Of a stretch of DNA of 64,000 nucleotides, positions 25,551-35,065 are shown in pieces (the stretch's first letter is position 1; each line of letters starts with the position of its first letter). The stretch covers positions 1 to 64,000 of the forward strand of contig JANNOM010000083.1 of assembly GCA_031399065.1 (NCBI GenBank), in the 5' to 3' direction. The DNA is from Chitinophagaceae bacterium (GTDB taxonomy: Bacteria; Bacteroidota; Bacteroidia; Chitinophagales; Chitinophagaceae). The position numbers were made by a program, and so were the translations under genes. The notes beneath the pieces are model-generated. The model was not told where the DNA came from. It worked only from the letters and a program-made list of their open reading frames with translations, and searched no databases.

Positions 25551-28460
25551 ATGCTGAGAATTTTATTAACCCTTTGCTTTTTATATTCAACCCTGGCAGA
25601 AGCACAAACACTTAGTGTAAAAGGTGTTTTAAAGGATGACGCGGATAAAATGCCCATACGGAGTGCTACTGTAAGACTGACTGCACAAAACGACACTACA
25701 CTCAATTATAACGTGGTAACGGACAACAGGGGTGCTTTCATTTTCAATGGGATGCAGCCGCGCATTTACTTATTGCACATCAGCTCCGTGGGGTACGATT
25801 CCTTGAGGCAAACGGTGATTCTTGCCGACAGTAGCATAGACCTGGGTACCTTGTCCGTTTTCAAAAAATCCAGTACGCTGGAAGGTGTGGTGGTCACCGG
25901 CACTATACCACCTGTAAAACAGAAAGCGGATACACTCGAATACAGCGCCAGTGCTTTTAAAGTAAACCCTGATGCGTTGGCGGAAGATATGATCAAAAAA
26001 ATGCCGGGAGTAACGGTAGATGCAGCAGGAACGGTAACGGCCCAGGGTGAGCAGGTAAAAAAGATCACGATCGACGGTCGGGATTTTTTTGGCGATGATG
26101 CTACTGCAGCACTGAGAAACCTTCCCGCAGAGGTGATAGACAAAGTACAGGTTTTTGACCGGATGAGCGACCAGTCGCAATTCACAGGCTTTGACGATGG
26201 TAATGCCTCCAAATCCATCAATATTGTTACCAAGGCCGATATGCGCAATGGGCAGTTTGGACGGGTATATGCCGGGTATGGAACCGACAGCCGTTATAGT
26301 GCCGGAGGCAATATGAGCTTTTTTAAAGATACCCGCCGGATTTCCCTGGTAGGGCTTTTCAATAATATCAATCAGCAAAACTTCGGGTCGCAGGACCTGC
26401 TGGGCGTTACCAGCAGCAGTGGTGGTGGCGGAGGAGGTAGGGGAAGTGGCGGCGGACGGGGTGGTGGCGGCGGTGGATACCGAGGTGGCGGAGGAATGGG
26501 CGGCTGGGGTCAGAACAATAATTTTCTCGTAGGGCAGCAAAGCGGCATTAGTAAAACTAATGCAGCCGGTATCAACTATTCCGATCAATGGGGGAAGAAG
26601 GTGGAAGTGACAGGCAGTTATTTCTTCAATAACAGCAATAATACCAATAGCGAAATATCCACCCAGAATTATGTAGGATCTAAATCGGGCGAGTTTTACA
26701 GCGATAGCAGTCTTTCCACCAGTGAAAATTATAATCATCGCGTTAATATGAGAATCGAATACAAGATCGATTCTTTCAATACCCTCACTTTTACTCCTAA
26801 CCTGAGTTTGCAGGATAACAGCTCGGCCAACACTACCAGCAGCCTTTCCTTTCTGGAAGGCGTTAATTCGCAGGCTACCAGCTTTAATAACCAGGACAGG
26901 AACGGGTATAATCTGAGAAACGATCTTCTTTACCGGCATGCATTCCGTAAACGGGGCCGCACGTTCTCCGTTAATTTTAATACCGCCCTTAACAGAAACA
27001 AGGGAGATATCTATACCAGTACCCTCAGTTTTTACAAGAGTGCTTTGCGCGAATCGGGGGATACGCTTGATCTTTACAGGGATCAGCTTACCAATGGCTA
27101 TACCCTGGGGGGGACCGTATCGTATACTGAACCAATCGGTAAAACGGGCCAGTTGGAGCTGAGCTATAATCCTTCTTATACTTCCAATAAAGCCAACCAG
27201 CTCGCTTACGACTATGACAACCAGGGAAAAGAATACTCCTTACTGAATACCGGCTTATCTAATAAATTCGACAATTCGGTTACCACCCAGCGCACCGGCC
27301 TAAGTTACAGGAAGGGGAACCGGGAAAATATGGTCTCGCTGGGTGTCTCGTACCAGTACTCCGAGCTTGCCAGCAGTCAGATATACCCTCGTATACTGAA
27401 CATCAATAAAAGCTTTAATAACCTGCTGCCAAATGCCATGATCAACAAAAAACTCTCCACCCGTAGCAGCATCCGTTTATTTTACCGTTCGTCTACCAAC
27501 GCACCTTCTATTTCCCAATTACAGAATGTATACAACAACTCCAACCCACTTCAGTGGACATCGGGCAATCCTGATCTGAAACAACAGTTTACCAATTTCC
27601 TGGGTTCCCGTTTTTCCTATACCAACACCGTTAAAGGAAACAGCTTTTTCGCTAATTTCTTCGTTCAGAAGGTAGACAATTATATCAGTAACGCCATCTT
27701 CAGGGTAAGGGCAGACTCTTTTCAACTGGATTTCCCTGATACGCTTCGCAGGGGAGCACAGTTAACAAAACCCATTAACCTTGACGGCTACTGGAGCTTC
27801 CGGTCCTTTTTTACTTATGGCCTGCCCGTTAAACTGATTAAGAGCAATTTGAACTTTAATGCGGGGTATACTTACTCCCGTTTACCGGGACAGATACAGG
27901 ATACCAACACCGTTTCCAATAACAGTAACTTTAATCTCGGCGCAGTAATCGCCAGTAATATCAGTCAGTATATAGATTTTAATCTCTCTTATTCTGCCAA
28001 CTTCAATACAGTGAAAAACTCCGCCCAGTCAGGCCAGAACACCGATTATTTTTCCCATGTAATAGGGATACAGACTAATTTTCTTTCCAAATCCGGTTGG
28101 TTTATACAGAATGATTTAAGCAACCAGTATTATAAGGGGCTTACACAGGGTTTCAACCAGAATTTCTGGCTTTGGAACATGAGTGCGGGAAAGAAATTTC
28201 TCAAACAACAGAAGGCTGAAATCAAGTTAACCGTATTTGACTTGTTAGAACAAAATCAGAGCATCGTTAGAAACGTAACCGAAAACTATATAGAAGACGT
28301 TCAGAACCAGGTTTTACAACAATATTTTCTGCTTACATTCACTTATAAATTGAGGAACTTCGGGAAAAAGAAAGAGAATTCCAATTTTCGTAATCCCGAT
28401 GATACACCGGGTTATATGGGTCCGGGCGCTTTCCCGGGTCGGCCGCCAGGATCCTTTTAA
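25551..28460 (+). CDS. Outer membrane beta-barrel protein with N-terminal carboxypeptidase-regulatory-like domain and internal Gly/Arg-rich low-complexity stretch (TonB-dependent-receptor-like)
   Basis: It has a signal peptide and an N-terminal CarbopepD_reg-like beta-sandwich. The low-complexity stretch reads SSSGGGGGGRGSGGGRGGGGGGYRGGGGMGGWG. The rest shows an aromatic-rich beta-strand periodicity ending in a C-terminal Phe. Confidence 0.65.
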   Translation: MLRILLTLCFLYSTLAEAQTLSVKGVLKDDADKMPIRSATVRLTAQNDTTLNYNVVTDNRGAFIFNGMQPRIYLLHISSVGYDSLRQTVILADSSIDLGTLSVFKKSSTLEGVVVTGTIPPVKQKADTLEYSASAFKVNPDALAEDMIKKMPGVTVDAAGTVTAQGEQVKKITIDGRDFFGDDATAALRNLPAEVIDKVQVFDRMSDQSQFTGFDDGNASKSINIVTKADMRNGQFGRVYAGYGTDSRYSAGGNMSFFKDTRRISLVGLFNNINQQNFGSQDLLGVTSSSGGGGGGRGSGGGRGGGGGGYRGGGGMGGWGQNNNFLVGQQSGISKTNAAGINYSDQWGKKVEVTGSYFFNNSNNTNSEISTQNYVGSKSGEFYSDSSLSTSENYNHRVNMRIEYKIDSFNTLTFTPNLSLQDNSSANTTSSLSFLEGVNSQATSFNNQDRNGYNLRNDLLYRHAFRKRGRTFSVNFNTALNRNKGDIYTSTLSFYKSALRESGDTLDLYRDQLTNGYTLGGTVSYTEPIGKTGQLELSYNPSYTSNKANQLAYDYDNQGKEYSLLNTGLSNKFDNSVTTQRTGLSYRKGNRENMVSLGVSYQYSELASSQIYPRILNINKSFNNLLPNAMINKKLSTRSSIRLFYRSSTNAPSISQLQNVYNNSNPLQWTSGNPDLKQQFTNFLGSRFSYTNTVKGNSFFANFFVQKVDNYISNAIFRVRADSFQLDFPDTLRRGAQLTKPINLDGYWSFRSFFTYGLPVKLIKSNLNFNAGYTYSRLPGQIQDTNTVSNNSNFNLGAVIASNISQYIDFNLSYSANFNTVKNSAQSGQNTDYFSHVIGIQTNFLSKSGWFIQNDLSNQYYKGLTQGFNQNFWLWNMSAGKKFLKQQKAEIKLTVFDLLEQNQSIVRNVTENYIEDVQNQVLQQYFLLTFTYKLRNFGKKKENSNFRNPDDTPGYMGPGAFPGRPPGSF

Positions 28461-28478
28461 GGCTATGAACCAAGCACT

Positions 28479-29054
28479 ATGAGTGAATGGATATTAATTG
28501 AACAATTGAGGCAGGGCGATGAAACGGCCTTTAAGGCAATTGTAACTACCTGGAAGGATATGGTATACAATACTGCTTTAGGTATACTGCAAAACGCAGA
28601 AGATGCAGAAGATGTGGCACAGGAGGTATTTGTACAAGTGTATGAGTCTATCGGATCTTTTAAAGGGGAATCCAAATTTTCCACCTGGCTTTACCGCATT
28701 ACCATCACCAAATCCATGGATCATATCCGGCGAAAAAAAAGGAAGAAACGGTTTGCCGGTATCCAGAGTCTTTTTGGTATTAATAACGAACCTGTTCACG
28801 AACCACCTGATTTTCATCATCCGGGTATTTCGCTGGATAACAAAGAAACGGCTGCCATATTAATGAAAGCGGTGAAGGGGTTACCGGAAAACCAGCAGGT
28901 AGCTTTTACGCTGCATAAAATGGAGGGATTGAGCTATCAGGAAGTGAGTGAAGTGATGAAGACTACTGTATCTTCGGTCGAGTCCCTGCTGCACCGTGCC
29001 AAGAACAACCTGAGAAAATCGTTGGGCAAATATTATGAATCACAAAAAGAATAG
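28479..29054 (+). CDS. ECF (sigma-70 family) RNA polymerase sigma factor
   Basis: It has region 2 (VYNTALGILQNAEDAEDVAQEVFVQV) and a region 4 HTH. Confidence 0.85.
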   Translation: MSEWILIEQLRQGDETAFKAIVTTWKDMVYNTALGILQNAEDAEDVAQEVFVQVYESIGSFKGESKFSTWLYRITITKSMDHIRRKKRKKRFAGIQSLFGINNEPVHEPPDFHHPGISLDNKETAAILMKAVKGLPENQQVAFTLHKMEGLSYQEVSEVMKTTVSSVESLLHRAKNNLRKSLGKYYESQKE

Positions 29055-29107
29055 GCGACAATTGTTACCCACAAGTTTTATTTAAAGTTCACGTCAAAAT
29101 AAGGTCT

Positions 29108-29434
29108 ATGAACACAAAAGAAAAAATACAAAATGCGCTCGATAGCCTGAACAATATGCAGCGGGCCACGCCGGGTCCTTTCTTTTATACCAGGCTGAGC
29201 GCGCGGCTGCTCAGGGAGCCGGTAACTACCTGGGAAAGACTAAGTCACCTGATATCCCGCCCCGCGGTGGCCATTGGAGCCCTTTGCCTGATAATATCCA
29301 TCAATATGGCCGTAGTACTCAACCAGGCAGATGAATCAAATATAACCTTCGAAACGCCGGAACTTGCATTGGCAGATGAGTATGCTATTGCCACTACCAG
29401 TTTTTATGATTATGAAAACGGGGAGACGAAATGA
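29108..29434 (+). CDS. Putative anti-sigma factor / hypothetical membrane protein
   Basis: 108 aa with a single TM segment, immediately downstream of the ECF sigma gene. Confidence 0.4.
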   Translation: MNTKEKIQNALDSLNNMQRATPGPFFYTRLSARLLREPVTTWERLSHLISRPAVAIGALCLIISINMAVVLNQADESNITFETPELALADEYAIATTSFYDYENGETK

Positions 29435-29976
29435 GCCGGATGCTGAATAATACCAAAGTACTGATATTTATCATCGCCATATTACTGATTGCCAATATAG
29501 CTATACTGATATTTTTCCTGGGGGCTAAACATCCTCCCCAAAAGAACGATCATAACGCAGGCAACAGGCCTAAATTTTCGGAGTTTTTAAAGAACGATAT
29601 AAAATTCAGCCAGGCGCAATTGAAAGAATACGACTCCATCAAGAAAGTACACTGGAAAACGGCCCGACCCATTTTTAATGCGATGAATGCTGCCAAGGAT
29701 AGTTTATATTTTCATTTGCGCGACAGCATTGTGAGCGACCAGTTTTTGCTGGAAGCTACTGACAGCATAGCCCAGCGGCAAAAACAGATGGATCTCCAGA
29801 TGTTTGTGCACTTCAGGAATATGCGCAATCTCTGTACACCGGAACAGAAACCTTTATTCGACTCCCTGGTGCAGGACCTAATACGAAAGATGACGAACTC
29901 CTACCGGAGAGACGGTCGGCCGCCGAAGCCGGAGGGCAAGGATAAGAAGGCTGATTCGTCCGTAACCAGTCGCTAG
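29431..29976 (+). CDS. Spy/CpxP-like periplasmic protein
   Basis: It has a signal anchor and helical repeats (LTXXQ-like, e.g. FSQAQLKEYDSIKK). Its start overlaps the preceding gene by 4 nt. Confidence 0.45.
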   Translation: MSRMLNNTKVLIFIIAILLIANIAILIFFLGAKHPPQKNDHNAGNRPKFSEFLKNDIKFSQAQLKEYDSIKKVHWKTARPIFNAMNAAKDSLYFHLRDSIVSDQFLLEATDSIAQRQKQMDLQMFVHFRNMRNLCTPEQKPLFDSLVQDLIRKMTNSYRRDGRPPKPEGKDKKADSSVTSR

Positions 29977-30008
29977 CCCTATATTTTAATGATTAAAAAA
30001 ATGAAAAA

Positions 30009-30428
30009 ATGAAAAATACAATCTTGTTATCTGTTCTATGTCTATTCGCCGGTATTTTAACGGCAACCGCACAGGGTGGCGGTAACTATCAACGCCGCAC
30101 TGTGGAAGAAAGAGTAAAAACAACCCTGGAAAAATTAACACCGGAACTGAAGCTGGAAGCCAACCAAACAGCGCTTACTGACAGTGCGTTTACCGGTTAT
30201 TACAGGAGCATGGATAAATTGCGTGAAGGCATGCAACAGGGTACACGCCCCGATAGAACGCAGTATGAGAAACTGATAGCAGAAAGAGATGAAAAGCTCA
30301 AAAAGGTTTTCAGTGCAGAACAGTATAAAAAATTTAAAGAGGAACTCGAAGCAACCATGCGCCCGGGCAGAGGTGGTAATCGTCCGGCAGGCGGCGGCAA
30401 CGCCCCACAGGGTGGCAGTAACCAATAA
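30009..30428 (+). CDS. DUF4890-like secreted protein with Gly-rich tail
   Basis: It has a signal peptide, a helical domain and a C-terminal GRGGNRPAGGGNAPQGGSNQ stretch. Confidence 0.45.
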   Translation: MKNTILLSVLCLFAGILTATAQGGGNYQRRTVEERVKTTLEKLTPELKLEANQTALTDSAFTGYYRSMDKLREGMQQGTRPDRTQYEKLIAERDEKLKKVFSAEQYKKFKEELEATMRPGRGGNRPAGGGNAPQGGSNQ

Positions 30429-30488
30429 GTCTTTCTATTGAGCAGGAAGTAAACAAGCGCCGACCGGTATAATACCCGGGCCGGCGCT

Positions 30489-31139
30489 TTACGTTATGGT
30501 AGTCAATACACTTTCCATCGTGGTTTTCAGCGTATCGTAATCAGTATAACCGCGGCCCAATAAATAGAATTTTGACTCACTCGCCTGGAGTAAAACAGTG
30601 GGATAACCATTTACCTGCAAACGCTTTACGAGTGCAAATTCATAGTGGGCTTTTTCATTATAATCCGCGGAAGCGAGCGCAGCATAAAATGCTTCGGCCG
30701 GTATATCGTATTTATCAAGCAAGTGCCTGTATGCTTCATTATCGCACAGGTCTCTCCCCTCGTAATGCAAGGCATATTGCAGGTCTGAAGCAAAAGCCAC
30801 CTGCATATCCGGGTAATAATCTTTAAATATGCAAAGAGCGATAGCAGGTTTAAGAGACTGGGGGAACCAGTCACTTTCTTCCGGGTGGTTTATATGCCAG
30901 AGATAATCTTCTCCGAAACGCACACCAGTATATTCCTCCACCGTTTTGTATGCTTTGCGTATATAATCTGCTGTGGTACTAATATGCCTTGGAATATCGG
31001 TAATGATCATTCCGCCGGAGAGCACTTCAAACGAAAAGCGGGTTTTATGTTCTTCGGCAATCTTTTTTATAACCGGGCTGAATCCGTAACACCATCCGCA
31101 GTATGCGTCGTAACAGTAATATACGGTATATTTATCCAT
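30489..31139 (-). CDS. DsbA-family thioredoxin-like protein
   Basis: It carries a CxxC motif (YCGWCYG) in a DsbA/FrnE-like fold. Confidence 0.7.
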   Translation of the reverse strand: MDKYTVYYCYDAYCGWCYGFSPVIKKIAEEHKTRFSFEVLSGGMIITDIPRHISTTADYIRKAYKTVEEYTGVRFGEDYLWHINHPEESDWFPQSLKPAIALCIFKDYYPDMQVAFASDLQYALHYEGRDLCDNEAYRHLLDKYDIPAEAFYAALASADYNEKAHYEFALVKRLQVNGYPTVLLQASESKFYLLGRGYTDYDTLKTTMESVLTTIT

Positions 31140-31150
31140 AACACAAATGT

Positions 31151-32134
31151 CTAAAGGTTAGCAGGCAGTCTCTTTTCAAAGGCATTAAATCGCAAACCTA
31201 CGGTAAGCTGAAAGGTAGCTTCATTGGCCAGCACGCCTATATTGGAAACCGGCGTAAAAGAGTTATTGTAGCGCAGTGAGGCAGAGACAAAGTATTTTTC
31301 CTGGTTATAACCTCCCGATGCAAGTATTCGCGCGCTTGTTTGCCAGTGAAGCCCATTGGTGATCTTTGTTTCCGATACGGCATGATGATACCCGAACCCG
31401 GCTCCTACGAACAGTCCGCCGGAAAGAAAGTAAGTACCTTCTTCGAAACTGAACGTGTACATGTAACCGGGCCGGACGTCGAGATTATAAACCGTCAGCT
31501 TTTGCAGACCTGCCATTTTTCCAAACCGTTCATCGTACACTGTTCCGGTGGGAATAATATTTCCGTCTTTTCCTTTTGCGCGCATAATAAACGGATTTAT
31601 TTCAAACATAAAAGCACCTGCCGATCTGCGTTGTCTTTTGGAATATTCTGAGATGGCCGCCAGCGAAAAGCGGGTATGGTTGAAATTATACATCCAGTAT
31701 GGACTGAACTTGAATAAGTTGATACTGCTTTTTGTATCGATCACTTTCTGATCTTCCAGCGCGGCAACATTGCTGTAAAATCCCAGCTTGCCGCCAACGC
31801 TTACCGGTCCGTTGGTTTCATACAGGGCGATTACGAACGATTTGTTATTCGTTTTACTATTAATGGTTTGGGAAATAGAAAAGTTGAGGAACTTATAATA
31901 GACGTTCAGTGAAAGGTTGGTGCCGGTATTAAAGGGGAAACTCGCTGTTGCGGGAATTACCGTGTAATCCGGGCTGATCTGCAACCCGGCCCCCGTTCTT
32001 TCCAGGGAAAGCCGCGCCACATAAGGATAAACATAATCCTGGATATAGGCCCTGTCAAGATCGGCCTGTGCAAAAGCATTTATCCGGAAAAGTAAGACCA
32101 ATAGCAGCAGGAGACTTATTTTTATAAAATTCAT
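31151..32134 (-). CDS. Hypothetical outer membrane protein (signal peptide, beta-rich)
   Basis: It starts MNFIKISLLLLLVLLFRINAFAQ and shows an alternating aromatic pattern. It is co-oriented with the DsbA-like gene. Confidence 0.45.
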   Translation of the reverse strand: MNFIKISLLLLLVLLFRINAFAQADLDRAYIQDYVYPYVARLSLERTGAGLQISPDYTVIPATASFPFNTGTNLSLNVYYKFLNFSISQTINSKTNNKSFVIALYETNGPVSVGGKLGFYSNVAALEDQKVIDTKSSINLFKFSPYWMYNFNHTRFSLAAISEYSKRQRRSAGAFMFEINPFIMRAKGKDGNIIPTGTVYDERFGKMAGLQKLTVYNLDVRPGYMYTFSFEEGTYFLSGGLFVGAGFGYHHAVSETKITNGLHWQTSARILASGGYNQEKYFVSASLRYNNSFTPVSNIGVLANEATFQLTVGLRFNAFEKRLPANL

Positions 32135-32181
32135 TATTCCGGATTGAACAATTTTAATGCCTGATATGTGTCGGATCAAAC

Positions 32182-35013
32182 TCAATGTGCTTCCAGCCAG
32201 TTGATGCCTACGCCTACTTCTGCATTAGCAGGAACATTGTTGGGAAGCAGCAGCGCATTTTGCATACATTCTACCACCAGTGTTTTCAGCAGGTCAACTT
32301 CTTCTTTATGTGCGTCAAATACCAGTTCATCATGTACCTGTAACAACATCTTCGACTTCAGTTTTCTTTTGCTGAATTCGTCGTGTATGCTGATCATGGC
32401 CAGCTTTATCATATCTGCAGCGGTGCCTTGTATGGGCGAGTTAATGGCGTTTCTTTCTGCAAATCCCCTCACGGTAAAGTTTGCCGAATTAATATCTTTC
32501 AGCCATCTTTTTCTTCCCATGAGCGTTTTAACATACCCGTTCTCCCGTGCAAAATTAATAGTATCGTCCATATACCGCTGGATATTGGGAAACTGCTTTT
32601 TATAGTTATCTATAATTTCCCTGGCTTCACCCCTGGATACACCGAGGTTCTCCGCAAGCCCGAAAGCCCCCTGTCCGTATATGATGCCGAAGTTTACGCT
32701 TTTGGCTTTATAGCGCATTTCTTTCGTTACGGCTGTTTCCTCCACTCCGAATACTTTGGCGGCAGTGGCAGTATGTATATCGCTGCCGCTTGTAAAGGCA
32801 GCGCACATATTAGGGTCTCCGCTGATGGCGGCAACGATGCGCAGTTCTATCTGCGAATAGTCTGCGCTTAAAAGCAGGTGATCTGCATCTCGCGGTACAA
32901 AAGCCTTACGTATCTCGCGGCCTTTGGCCGTACGTATCGGTATGTTTTGCAGGTTGGGATTGGTGCTGCTTAGTCTACCCGTTACCGCAACCGCCTGGGC
33001 ATAGGAAGTATGTACGCGTCCTGTTTTGGGGTTTATAAGAATGGGAAGGGCGTCTATATAAGTGGATTTAAGTTTGGTGAGTTCGCGGAACCCCAGTATA
33101 TCGTCTACTATCTGGTTCTGATGGGCCAGTTTTGCCAGTACTTCTTCGCCGGTAGCATACTGGCCGGTCTTGGTTTTTTTGGCCTTAGGGTCCAGTTTCA
33201 GTTTCTCGAAAAGAATTTCTCCCAGTTGCTTAGGTGATGAAACATTAAAACGCATGCCTGCCTGTTCATATATGTTTTCTTCGTAACGTTTTACTTCCAG
33301 CTCGAGTTGCTGTGAATAATCTTTAAGAAAAGCGGTGTCTACTTTTATGCCTTCGAACTCGATCGCTGCCAGTATTTTCACCAGGGGTGTTTCCACTTCT
33401 TCGAATACGCGCTCCACTTCACGTTTTGTAATCAGCGGAACAAAAGCATGATGAAGCTGTAAGGTAATATCGGCATCTTCTGCAGCGTATTCTTTGATCT
33501 TTTCCAGTTCCACGTCACGCATATTTCCCTGGTTCTTTCCTTTTTTACCGATCATTTCCTCTATGTGTACGGGCTCATACCCCAGGAACTGGGCACTTAA
33601 CAAATCCATGCCCCTTCTGCCTTCCGGTTCTATTACATAATGGGCTACCATCGTGTCGAATATCTTTCCTTTTATTTCAATGCCATACCACTTTAACACC
33701 AGCAGATCGTATTTGGCGTTCTGTCCTACCCATAAAATGGATGTATTTTCATATAGGGGTTTAAATAAGGCTAACAGGTTCAGTGTCTGCTCCCGGTCTG
33801 CCGGGCAGGGTATATAAAACCCTGTACCTGGCAAAAACGAAAAGCTAAGTCCTACCAGTTCAGCGTTATTGGCATCGATACCGGTTGTTTCGGTATCGAA
33901 TGAAATGGTGGATTGCTGCGATAAGGTTTCTATCAATTGCCTAATGGCTGCTTCGTCCTGTACCAGCATATAACTATGCGGGGTGTTATGAATATTCTTT
34001 TCGGCCACCAGTCCGCCTGCTGGTTCTTCTTCCGCTATCTCTGGCTCTGCGGACTTAACAGGCTTTTGTTTATTTTCAACTGCGTTGCCGAACAGATCGG
34101 TCTGTGTACTTTGAGGAGCAACATTAAAGACACTGTAATTTTCTCCCAGTATTCTTCTTCCAAGCGATTTAAATTCAAGCTCTGTAAATATCTCGGTCAG
34201 TTCGGCACTGTTATGTTCCTTTAACCGGTAGTCTTCCGGGTGAAATGCTACTGGTACGCTGGTAATAATGGTAGCCAGTTTTTTGCTCATGATAGCCTGC
34301 TCTCTTCCGTTACGGATTTTTTCTCCTACCGATCCTTTAATATTTTCTGCATTTGCCAGCACATTCTCCAGCGTTCCATATTCTTTCAACAGTTTGCAGG
34401 CTGTTTTTTCACCGATGCCCGCAATACCGGGTATATTATCCACCGCATCGCCCATCATGCCCAGCATGTCCACTACCTGCGTTACATTTTCGATGCACCA
34501 TTTATCCGTTATCTTTTTTGCGTCCAGTATTTCGGAGGGGTTGCCCTGGTATCCGGGTTTGTAAATATATACATGGTCGTGTGTAAGCAACTGGCCATAA
34601 TCTTTGTCCGGTGTAACCATATATACCTCGTATCCATCATCGGCGGCTTGCCATGCGAGGGTGCCTATTACATCGTCCGCCTCGAAGCCGTCCAGCTCCA
34701 CCACGGGAATATTAAAGCCTTTTATGATTTTCTTGATATCGTCTATCGAGTTCAGCAAATCCTCCGGGGCTTCCTGCCTGTTGGCTTTGTACGCGGAAAA
34801 ATCGATATGCCTTTCCGTTGGGGCATGCGTATCGAAGCATACCGCAATATGAGTAGGTTTTTCTTTATTGATCAGGTCGAACAAGGTATTGGTAAACCCG
34901 AATTGGGCATTGGTGTTTTTCCCCTTGGAAGAAATGATCGGGCTCCGGATCAGCGCATAGTAGGCTCTATAGATAAGGGCCATAGCATCCAGGAGATAGA
35001 GTTTTTTGTTCAT
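32182..35013 (-). CDS. polA: DNA polymerase I
   Basis: 943 aa with 5'-3' exonuclease, 3'-5' exonuclease and polymerase domains (motif A DYSQIELR, motif C HDEL). Confidence 0.95.
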   Translation of the reverse strand: MNKKLYLLDAMALIYRAYYALIRSPIISSKGKNTNAQFGFTNTLFDLINKEKPTHIAVCFDTHAPTERHIDFSAYKANRQEAPEDLLNSIDDIKKIIKGFNIPVVELDGFEADDVIGTLAWQAADDGYEVYMVTPDKDYGQLLTHDHVYIYKPGYQGNPSEILDAKKITDKWCIENVTQVVDMLGMMGDAVDNIPGIAGIGEKTACKLLKEYGTLENVLANAENIKGSVGEKIRNGREQAIMSKKLATIITSVPVAFHPEDYRLKEHNSAELTEIFTELEFKSLGRRILGENYSVFNVAPQSTQTDLFGNAVENKQKPVKSAEPEIAEEEPAGGLVAEKNIHNTPHSYMLVQDEAAIRQLIETLSQQSTISFDTETTGIDANNAELVGLSFSFLPGTGFYIPCPADREQTLNLLALFKPLYENTSILWVGQNAKYDLLVLKWYGIEIKGKIFDTMVAHYVIEPEGRRGMDLLSAQFLGYEPVHIEEMIGKKGKNQGNMRDVELEKIKEYAAEDADITLQLHHAFVPLITKREVERVFEEVETPLVKILAAIEFEGIKVDTAFLKDYSQQLELEVKRYEENIYEQAGMRFNVSSPKQLGEILFEKLKLDPKAKKTKTGQYATGEEVLAKLAHQNQIVDDILGFRELTKLKSTYIDALPILINPKTGRVHTSYAQAVAVTGRLSSTNPNLQNIPIRTAKGREIRKAFVPRDADHLLLSADYSQIELRIVAAISGDPNMCAAFTSGSDIHTATAAKVFGVEETAVTKEMRYKAKSVNFGIIYGQGAFGLAENLGVSRGEAREIIDNYKKQFPNIQRYMDDTINFARENGYVKTLMGRKRWLKDINSANFTVRGFAERNAINSPIQGTAADMIKLAMISIHDEFSKRKLKSKMLLQVHDELVFDAHKEEVDLLKTLVVECMQNALLLPNNVPANAEVGVGINWLEAH

Positions 35014-35065
35014 TGCGCTAAATTAGTTAAACTAACGGCGAAGCAATTCATTTTCAACTATTGTT

